From: Octopus vulgaris
Lineage: Eukaryota
Assembly: GCA_951406725.2 (NCBI GenBank)
Contig: OX597815.1
Span: 123,132,001 to 123,196,000 of the forward strand
Reading direction: 5' to 3'
Length of the DNA: 64,000 bases
Positions within the stretch are counted from its first letter, which is position 1; each line of letters begins with the position of its first letter. Below, one piece after another: positions 38,162 to 49,400 of the stretch. The notes beneath the pieces were generated by a model. That model was not told the DNA's origin and ran no database searches. It saw only the letters and a list, made by a program, of their open reading frames with translations. The position numbers were made by a program, and so were the translations under genes.

Positions 38162-38851
38162 GTATAAATGAGTAGCCTATTATAGGATAGCAGTATTGGT
38201 ATTAGTTTGCATTGGGCTCAGTCATATAACTCTTATATCTGGTTTCTTCATTTAAGTGTTTTAAAATAATTATTGAATAATTAGATGTTTTTCAATTTTT
38301 AAGCTGTAAAGTTATATATGTATATATATATATGCACTCTGATAATTGAGTTATCCCAATATACAGATGCTTATTAAAATTGTTTAGAGATGTTTATAGT
38401 AGATAAATTACTTAGCATTTAACATCTCTATGAAACTTGAATATTGTAGCTATTTTTTATGCCATTCTATTTTATTACCCTATTCAAAGGGCAGCAAATT
38501 GGTAATGTCATTAAGATGCTATGCAGCATTTCTTCTGTCCCTTTGCATTTTGGGTGAATATGTTGCTTGGGTCATCTTTGCCTTCGATCCTTCCAGGATT
38601 CATAAAATAAAATACCAGTAAAGTACTGGATTGATGTAATCAACGAAGTTCTTCCGTCCAAATTACTGGTTTTGTTTCTTGGTTAGAAACAATTATTTCC
38701 ATATCCTTTCATTGTTCTTTCTCTAGGTGCATTTGTAGAGTTTCAAAGTATTTAGTAAGATCCTCAATCAGTCTGCTTGGGCTTTACATATCACACAATT
38801 TTATACTATGTAACAAAAGAAGAAAAAAAAAAACAACATTTGCAATTTCAG

Positions 38852-38961
38852 GTGATAATATTTGTCAAGTCTGTACAGCGCTGCATGGCTTTGGCTCAGC
38901 TACTTGTTGAACAAAACTTCCCTGCCATAGCAATTCATAGGGCTATGACTCAAGAAGAAAG
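38852..38961 (+). CDS. DDX39B: DDX39B coding exon 6
   Basis: [37 protein letters not shown]. Confidence 0.97.
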
Positions 38962-39841
38962 GTATGTTAGTTTTATTTTTACCTCTCTCCAATTCTTATA
39001 TTTGATTGATATTGCTCTTGGAAGCATTCATTTTGCCAAATTTATATTTATGTAGTTAAATGTGGGTGATATGCTCAATAAGGTGAAACCATTAATGGAA
39101 AGATAAAGCATTAACAATATTTCAAAGCAAGAAAGAAGGCTCTTAAATTTCAACTGCTTATAAGAAACAGTTATGGAGAGGGTTTTTTTTTTAATGCTGA
39201 TTTTTTTTCCTGTTTGTAAAACTTAGCCATCAATTTTACCCAGACAGTCTCTATCACTAAGTAATGTTGCTATAGTAAAAAAAAAAAGCCTTTCTCTAAC
39301 AGAAAAATAGGAGCATACTGACTATTTTCTTGTTTACTTTTGGTTCATGCTTAGAACTATTTATTAATATAACCATATGGAATTGTGAATTTTTTTTTCT
39401 GTAATTCTTGAGATGTTACCCAATATTTCTACTCATTTTGGGCTTTCCTTTGTCTTTCAAGTGAATGAAACTTCATTAGTAGTGTGGTGGTGGGGGGTTT
39501 AAATGAAAAATTGATTCAAATGTGCTTTTAATCTAAAACTAACTGTTAAGTTGGTATAAAACAAATTATTGATCTAATGAGAAATTAGGCCTTTTAAGAT
39601 TAAGTTAATACAACTAATGTAGAAAATTGATAAGTCTAGATTGGAGATGCAGGAATTGCCATTGGTAGAAGTAGTCTGTATAATAAGGTGAAGTGTACTT
39701 CTACTTGCTCTGGATTATATGGTGTTCCAGGATAGTTTCTACTTTTAAGTGGCATTAGGCTTTCAAGTTTTGCTCAGATTTTTGCACAATACTGAATTAA
39801 TAGATCAACTATATTTAAATATGATTATATATACTGTACAT

Positions 39842-40102
39842 CAGTGCTTCTCAAACTGTTGTGGTGTACCAGCAGTTTTTTTTTTCCAGTGTGCCAGAGA
39901 CTGGTAATATTTCTTAGAAATATTAATTTATACCAGAAACAATATATATAATGAAAATGATAAAAGTTGACATTTTTTTTTTTATCTTGTGTTTAATTTT
40001 GTAAACACCACAATATTACATAAGCATTTTGTGTTTCTTTTCTGGAAACTTGCCATGTACTGGCAGCTGATGGCTTGTGGCCCACCACTTTGAGTAGCGC
40101 TG
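39842..40102. mobile_element. hAT (Charlie-like) MITE in a DDX39B intron
   Basis: TIRs cagtgcttctcaaac / tttgagtagcgctg. 8-bp TSD ctgtacat (39834-39841) / ctatacat (40103-40110). Confidence 0.8.
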
Positions 40103-40351
40103 CTATACATGACTGAAAGATTAAAGTGAAACTGAATGACTACTGACCCAATGATTAAGAGTTTGAACCTTACTGCAGCTAGTGTGTTGTGTTCCTTATG
40201 AATGCATATAATCCTTGTTATGCAATCTTTGTTGTGTAGCTTCAGGAGCAAAAGATTGTTCTAATAATATATAAATGTCTAAATTTGCACAAGTTTTACA
40301 TATTCTAGCATGAAAAATAAATGTGAACCAGTTCACAAGTTTACTATATGA

Positions 40352-40639
<288 letters not shown>

Positions 40640-41637
40640 TAAAGGAATGTTATTTCATTCTGTACATCATTTTATTTACATTTTTCTGTTTTGGCTTGTG
40701 TTCAACAAAAGCCTTGCTCCTTGCTGGTGTCCTTTGTTATCTGAGATAGACAACAGCAGAGAAAGCTAACATTTTTATTCTGTTTCTGACAAAAGAATTT
40801 CTGCTCTCAGATAGGTTGCCCCTTACTCTAGCTTAATGAGTCCACATGTCTCTAGAATGCTTTACAAATAGCAATTTTAATATAAAATTCCATAACTTTG
40901 TCTTTATTAATTTGTAATTTTGATAGGTTTTAATTCAGATCGTTCTAAACAGAAACATTGTATTATATATTGGGGACTGTCTCTGAGAGGTTGATATAAG
41001 GGTTAATCAAGCTACTGCAGCTAATAATCTCAAACAAATACTAATGCTGCTTGTGCTTTAACCCCAGATAAAGTATTAAATTCAACAATAATGTTTGTTG
41101 GGAATAACGACCCTAGTGACCATATTGTCTTTTGAAAGATCTAGACCTGGTTTAAGAAAAATCGTACCTTATTTTTAAAAATTATAATCAACTTTTTCCA
41201 TTATGACCTAAATCAATGATAATGTGAATGATGAGTATGACTACTAGGAAAATTTTGAATTTATTCTCTCTGACTCGGCATAAATGCTGTTATAAAAGTG
41301 CTTCAAGGGGTTTTAGAACATTCACGTCTTCAAAGGCTGTTAACTGACAAAGAAGAGTGAATTTCCTATTCACAAAATCAAGCTCCAATCTAAATATTTA
41401 GTTAATTTACTTGTTACTACAGATGCGCCCACCATCTTTTAATTTGACATATTTAAGAGATTCTGCATTAAACCTCTTGGAATATATGAAATCCATGTAG
41501 TATTTGATAAATTCTTCTCATTGAAATAGCTGGAAATCTTACACATTTCTCCAAGTATTTCAACTTTGTTGATTTTTGAAGACGTTTTCAATTTTACAAC
41601 TTTATTAATTTTAGTGATATCTTCATATTAATAATAG

Positions 41638-41790
<153 letters not shown>

Positions 41791-41879
41791 TAAAACTTAA
41801 TTGTTATCATTTAATAATTTCTTTTCCTCACTATCTAAACAATTTTAATAATGCAATATATATTTTTTTTATCTTTCAG

Positions 41880-41893
41880 TTGAAGGCAGATAA
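41880..41893 (+). CDS. DDX39B: DDX39B coding exon 9 (terminal, IEGR-stop)
   Basis: ttcag|TT GAA GGC AGA TAA. Phase matches exon 8. Confidence 0.9.
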
Positions 41894-42162
41894 ATAACAA
41901 CCAGATTCTGAAGCTGTGTGGATGAAGTGTGCATGTCTGTGAGATAATCATTTTAAAATTACATGGGAATAACCATAAACATCCTTCATTTTTAAATGTA
42001 TCAATTCCTATGTATTATAACATTAAACTTTTTATTTTGTTCATTTTTCAATTTAATTGTACAATTCTATTTGGATTCAAAATGATCCTTTTGTCTTTGC
42101 ATTCAGATTATCACCACCATGGTTTATTTTCCTTGTAAATCATGCTTCCTGTTGGTAATTTT

Positions 42163-42168
42163 AATAAA
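42163..42168 (+). terminator. Candidate polyadenylation signal of DDX39B (second candidate 42424-42429)
   Basis: AATAAA hexamers downstream of the stop, followed by U-rich sequence. Confidence 0.45.
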
Positions 42169-43186
42169 ACAATCTCAGGCTAGCATTTTAAATTTTTAGA
42201 AGTATTTTTTTAAAAGTTTAAAAGCAGTAGCTATTTTATTGTTTTCCATTTTCTCATTTAAAAAGTTATTATTCAGATAATTTTTATAAATTGATAGTTT
42301 TTTCCCCCCTGCACATCCCATCAGATTGGGATGGTAAAACTAACTTTTGTTTTTATCATCTCATTTTGTTTGCTAAAGTTCTGGAGAATTTTTCATGGTG
42401 AGGTTAATCTGGATGCTGTTTTTAATAAAATAAAAATATTCAGCTTGAAACAATCAGATTTCTTGTTATTTATTTTGAAAGAAATTTCTTAAATCTCAGA
42501 TTAACAGAGATTTGGATAATTCTTACACAATTTCTTCTGACTTTAGTTTGAAGATAAGTTGCAGATTTTGCTGTATTTTATTAAAACATTCAGAAATCAT
42601 TATCGTAAATGAAGGTATATAAATAAAATGTAAAATTAAGTTTTATTTTTCTTAAAATTCAGATCATCATGTCAGTGTGAAGGTAGTTAAATTTTTTTCT
42701 TCAATGTGACTACTGAAAATATCTAATTGAAAATGTAAGAGTAGTCTGCAAATAACCTTTTTAAGGTAGAATTTGGACATGAAGACACAACCCCTTAAAT
42801 TCAAAGCAAAGTTTTGTGGCTATTCCAGTAAATATCTACAAAAAGAAAAAATTTGGTGTTTTCTGCAAGTTATATTTCCTCAAACTTGACATGTCTTCAC
42901 AAAAAATAGTTTCAATTCTGAATTCCTCAACAAAAGATTGGTATCACAATTCCTTTCCACAGTTTGGTAATGAAATTTTGAAAGGATATATCTGATTTTT
43001 GCAGTAGAAGGGGGTTAAACAAAATGTGAAGCTTGCAACAGGAATTAACTTTTTAGTCCGAAGTTGTAGGTTCAGTACAGCATTTCTGATACTTATAGTT
43101 AAACAATTTCACTGAGATGTACTGCAAGCATCTAATCACTAACCATTTATTTGTTTTATAACAAATGTGAATTGGGACATTGGTTT

Positions 43187-43967
43187 TACAGGATGTTTGG
43201 ATCATATTCGATAATTTTTAGTCTCCAGTTTACAGAATTGGCTTGATGTATTGAGGAAAAGTCGGTGTTAGAAAGCATAAAGATTAAAGTTGTTGAGAAA
43301 ATGTTAGCTGCCATAGAGGACAAGAAGCAGTCTGAATATTGCAAAAGTTATTTCTATCAAGATTCATGCCAACATCATGACTTGCTCAATGAGTACTAAA
43401 AAGCTTGTAAGAGGTGTCCTGGACAGCTACAACAAACTATGAAGCCATGGCCAGCAGGTATATTTCAAGTGAGGATGATGTCAGGTTACATCCTTGAATA
43501 GGAGCTTGCTCAATTCACATAGCTATGTGAAGTTGCTAGAGAATGGTGGGAGATAGTTGCTGCTGGAAGGCCATATATGGAGGGGTAGTATGTGGCTCTT
43601 TACCATACCTCTGGAAAATATCAGAAATAGTTGTTGGAGAATTTCTACTTCATTAGCCTCCTATTTCCCCCAATTGTAATCCCATGGATTCCTGTGTGGT
43701 TGAGGAAGACACCAACCATTCTGCCTGCTCTACCAAGGCTGATTTATGGTGGTCAAGATCTCCAGATGTTGAAAATATTCCCAAGAATACATGTGCCAGG
43801 TTACAGAGTCACTTTGAGGCTGCTGTGAGCAGCTATTTCAAAGTAAACTGCTATCTCCCAGTCATAGTCTAGTTCATATCTTCTGTCTGAAATACTTTTA
43901 TTTTTGGATGGGATATTCTTTTCTTTCCCTTTTATGCAAATTCAAATTTAGCCTGAAACACCCTGTA
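43187..43967 (+). mobile_element. Highly degenerate Tc1/mariner (maT-like) transposon
   Basis: TA-caggatgtttgg / cctgaaacaccctg-TA ends. Internal similarity to 12467-12960 (gctgctggaagg, ttgaggaagacaccaac). Confidence 0.6.
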
Positions 43968-44000
43968 GGATTGTATTTGGTACAAAATATGTTTCAAAGT

Positions 44001-44232
44001 GGAGGCGCATAGCTTAGTGGTTAGGGTGTCAGTACCATGATTGTAAGATTGTGGTTTCAATTCCTGGACCAGGCAACACATGTTCTTGAGCAATACACTT
44101 CATTTCACGTTGCTCCAGTCCACTCAGCTGGCAAAAAATGAGTAACGCTGCGATGGACTGGTGTCCTGTCCAGCTGGGGAACACATATAACATGGAAACC
44201 GGGCCTGGCTAGGCTTTAAAAGGGCGCTTTTA
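44001..44232 (+). mobile_element. tRNA-derived SINE (V-SINE-like; inverted copy ~23385-23610)
   Basis: A box tagcttagtgg and B-box-like tttcaattcc, then ttgagcaatacactt..ctccagtccactcagctg..gcgatggactgg. Confidence 0.7.
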
Positions 44233-46456
44233 TTTTTTATATATTTCAAAGGAGTTTGTAAATCTTTCATTTTGTTGCTAGTATTTATTACCTTTGTCAA
44301 GATATGATATAAAGTGTCCATTTACTGAATTCCATTCAAAATATTGGTAAACATAGGCTGCTGTGCAGAGTTTTTTGAATATTTGATGAAGTCCAAGTTA
44401 AAAAAGATGAATTATTAATAGATGAAAGGGAAAGGCTAAATCCTTCCATTGATATAATACACCTATTAGGAATTTGTAATAAAAGTGATATAAATGCAAG
44501 AAATTAAATACAAATGTTTGGAAGAAGTTTATTGACACTATAGGCAAACAATATAAATAACCAAAAGAAACAAATGATACTGAAAAATAAGTCAGGAGAG
44601 AAAATTGTGCATTGAAAATATTCATTTTTCAAAAAAAATTTACATGAAGCTAAGAAATAAATTGATTTTTCATAATAGAAAAATTCAAATATATTATACT
44701 GCAGAACATTTTGAAAACGCAAAAAGCATTTATGTGTTCTGGACCATTAAGAAGACTTTCTGCACAAAGGACAGCTGCACCTTTTTTTTTAAAATCTATT
44801 CTATCAATGTGAAATAAATGATTACAATTTGCAGTACTTAAAGCTAGTAATTCAAAACTGCAAGATTAAAATCAGAGATCCAGATAGTGTGCATATATTA
44901 GTTCCAAATGTAATGCTAAAATACATATACTTATAGCTATGTCTTCATTATTGTTTATAATATGTCAACAGTAACAGAGAAATATTTTCTATTTAGATTT
45001 TATTGAATTTGACTTTCAAGGAAAGGAAACCGCTAACAATTTTGAAAGGTTATTAAGTATAAGTAGGAATTGATATATCAATGGGAACCAAAAAAGAATT
45101 GAAATATAAATTTCTAATAAGTATTAGAAAAACTAAAATTGTCAAACAAATTTTGAAGTACATTTACTTTACATTCAAAATAACAGCAATTAAATACAAA
45201 ACAAAATTCAAGCATAAAAATTTTCTACTTCATAAGGAGATTATGGAATTCTTGATATTTACTCACTGAGTCAGATGTTTTGATGTTTGAAATATATTTG
45301 GAATTAATCTAATATTAAAGTAACTAAATACTTATTTTGTAACAAAACTAGTTTTGGAGAGTTAAAAATTAAGACCAGTGATAAGTTGTATTTTATAAGA
45401 ATTTTGATACAATTGGTTGAAAAACTGCAGTAGTTAATTTGGTAAGAAAAACAGCTACCCCAAAGCAAATTAATATGTCAATGTAAAATACTCTCTATTC
45501 CATTAAAAGAATATGAACTTTGGTCCTTAATAATCGATCACAATTACAATTTCATCATTTGACCCAGATGACGGAACTGGAAACGTTAGACCTCTTCCTC
45601 AAGGCTAAAGTTATTTATCCTTCTCGGTGAACTTTTTTCTACCTGCTACTAGCCAACACATACTTAGAGTTCACAGTTACACTTACAAATAGGTTTTAGC
45701 ATGAGAGTAATTTACAAGTCATCTAGGGTAAAGTGGGGAAACAACTGAAACACTTCAAGAAAATGGCCCTATGGATTAATTCCAAGCATACAGATGTATA
45801 AAATTTCTCTAGTAAATCTACTTATTTAAAACATCTGGACGGATTATTAAAAAAACGTGTCCACCTATAACTGCTAAAGAAAGCATATGCAAGGAAAATG
45901 AAAATTCATCTTTGGTAATGTAAAAGGTACTATATATACATAAAAAACAGAAATATAATAATTAAGCTTTAAATATTATATAAGATTAAAAATAACTGAA
46001 ATCAACAATAAATATCAAGTATCAAAAACGAAATCTTTTAAAATACGAAGGTGTGAACTGTATAGCAGGTTAGTCCAATTTGTTCAAACAGCTACAATTA
46101 ACAGCTTAAGGGAAGATACAGCTGATACTAAGATGTGAAAGAACTGCTGAAAAATAAGTTTGTACTGAATTCCATGGATCTCTTCTGGAAAGTTGTAGAA
46201 AAATTGTAATGGCATCAATAAAACTCAATGTATACAAGAGAGAAATAAATTGCTTAAGTTACTACTTCACACAAAAGTCAAAGAGATAGGGGGAAACAAG
46301 CAAAAAAAAATTCTTCCTTTAAAATATACACACTCAACAGCAACAGTTTATATTGGAAGAAATACCAAGTCTAAAAATGTCTTTTTTTTTTCTGAGTGTC
46401 TAAGATCAACAATCAGATACCAAAATTAATCCAAACTTGTTAGCATTATAAATTAT

Positions 46457-49400
46457 TTAAGGATCACTAGCAGCATCAAACTGTGAGTTTAACTTGTTGC
46501 AAGGTAAGGCTTCACTGTCTCCAGCTAATTCATTCTTTTCAATGTTTTCAAAGAAAGCAGCTCCAGGGGTAAACTGATCATTTATGGCCTCTTCAAGCTG
46601 GTCATTTGACAATGACTGTAAAACATTTGGTATATCCTCAACTTGAAGCTGATCATCGGCCGATGGAATAAGTTGATCATGTTCGTTTGATGGAGTGGTG
46701 TGATTTGTATCATTTGAAGATTTAGGGAGCAAACCATTTGGCTTCCCAGAAATTCCAGAGTCAGAATTCTTTATTTTTGAAGGAATATCTCCATCTCCTC
46801 TTTCAGGAAAACAATGGTTTTCTTTCTCAGTTGCCAAAGAAACAGCAGTTACCGAAGGGTCTTCAGCATTATGAGATTCATCATCATCTTCATCATCTTC
46901 ATCACTGCCAATTTTTGAAAATGGCTTTGTCTCACTGACAGCAAGTTCAATTTCCATTGGTACACCTGGATTTTGACTATCTTTGCTTGAACAAGATAAA
47001 AAGCCATTTGGCATTTCTTCTGCATTCTCATATCTATTCTTTTCCTTTACATCAACCTGTATATTATCAGACAATTTCTTGTGGCAAGATAATAAAGAAT
47101 CTCTCGTGGTTAAGTCTCCATCTGCTAGCAACTGGGTTCCTGATGCCACCAAAGTGGTATCTGAATCATTTCTTAACTGGTCTACTATTGAAGTGTCATT
47201 AGTGTTTTGACTAAAAAGTGTTAGTCTATCAAGAAAACTTTTAGATAAAGTATTTTCACCAAGATCTTCCATTAATCTGAAATATGACAGTTCATTGTGC
47301 AGGACATCAGATATTTTCTTGAGCACTGCATGGTAGCAATCTGCAACTCTCTGGTTTTTGAATTCTATTAGATTATTATAAAGATTAGAGTTCAAATGCT
47401 TGAAATTGATATCTTGTTCAGAAAAGAACTGACGATATAAAATTACTATTTTTTGTTGAACATCACTAATAATTACTTCAGAAAACGTTTCATTTTTGTG
47501 AAGGTTAATGATTGGGATTAGTTGTTTAGAGATTTCCTTAATTATTTCTGAGACATTTTGGTTATCACTTTTTACAACTACCATATCTGAAACAGAGCTC
47601 TCACTTCCTTGGTCCACAGCAGTGTGACTTGAATGATGGAGCTCCCTATTTAATATTTTGTCTCGACTTCCAGCTTGATGTTGCTTTGTCATCTGATGCA
47701 AAGCTTTCTTCAATGAGTCTTCAGCAAACTGTAAGTGCATATCAGAAACTGGAGCCACAACCTGTATTATTTCACTACCAGAATCATCGCTAGATGAATC
47801 CTGAGTTTTCGTTCTTAATGTGTTTTCTATTTTGGCATTATCAGAAATAAGTGAGATTCTGTTAGATGTCAGATTAGGACGTGGGAATTCATCGAATTTA
47901 GAAGAAAATAATGTCTGGTTATATCGTGCTTGTTCTATCAAAGCATCTATGATACCCATTATATGATCACGCTTGCTATAAGAATCAAAACATTGGAGTT
48001 TCTGAAATAAAGAGATCATATATTTGGGGTGTTTTTCATTCTGAGATATTAACTTTGCAACTTCAGCATAGATATCTGACTTGAGAGAATCAAAACTATT
48101 AGAATCTAGTTGATCTGAAATATTTTCTTTCTTTGTAGCTCCTGAGTCACACTGATTCACAAGATCAGCTGTAGTTTTATTTGACCACACACCTCCATTT
48201 TTGGTTTTCTTACTGCTTGAATTGTTACTAGTAGACTTGGGATAAAATTTAGCAGAAGCATTAGGTGCTTCTTGCTTGAATTCTAATGTATTCTGAGATG
48301 ATTTTAATTTCTTTTTGCCATCTTCAGATGTCATATTTTTTGATGATGAATTAGCAGTGTGTTTTTGCCGAGATGATGCAGATAATTTTTTAGATCTTGC
48401 TGGGACATCAACCACATCGTCCTTATTTGTGTTAGAAAAGTTCCAAAAATATGAACAAGTCTGACTACAGCCTTTAGGACATTTTTCAGCATTATCTTTA
48501 TCACAATGTTGTTTATTTAGATGTCGACGTCTGAAATTTTTGTCTGAAGAATTTGTTCGTTTTCTTGATTTAGTGGTGGGAACTGTGGAAGAAAGCATAT
48601 TATTACTTCTTGCTTTTGTTTTCTGTATGGCATCAGGTTTTAGCAGGGGACTAGAAAATCTATTACTGCAGAGGTATGGATTTTGAGGGTAAGGTTCCCA
48701 ACAGAAATGTCTGGGTTTCTTCCATTGATTGACACCAGTAGGAAATGAATTCTGCATATATGAATTTGTAGAAGTAGAATCGGTTCTTGAAGATTGTAAA
48801 ACCAATGTGTGGAGTTGGCGTTGTAAATTATTCATTTCAGACTGCTGAACTGAAAGTTGTTGAAAACACTGACTCAATGCTAATAAAATCTGCTGCTGTG
48901 AAGCTGAGTTTTGAACTTCAGCAGGGGGTGTTAAAAATGGATTAGATTGCCAGTACATATTAGTTGGTTGGTTGGCATCAAAGGCAAATGCATTGGTATT
49001 TTGATATCTCATCATATGTAACTGTTGACGAAGCTGTTGCTGTTCAATTAGCAGTTCTTGATAAGTGTTAGCCATTTTATCCATCTGTCTTTCAATTATA
49101 TTCAGAGGGCTGCTTTCAGACTGCAAACTTTCATCATGTTCATCTTCTTGAATTATATATTCTGCAGCACGAATGTTTTCTTGCTTTCGAGCAAAGCCAC
49201 TGTTAGTTCGACCAAATTGCTTTTGATTTGGTGAGTTTCCCTTAGAATCAGAACGTTGGCAACAATATTTATTTCTCTTTCCAGGAGGGAAGTTCCCTCT
49301 AGAGTCTAATGGCATACAACCCAGTAAACCTGGTTGAGACTGTTTAACATGCCTTCTTGCATCTTTTTCAATAGTATAAGTTTCTTTACTAGAAGATTCT

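Noticed and set aside
44001-44075. tRNA gene
   Set aside because: tRNA-like head with poor cloverleaf, continuous with a SINE body.
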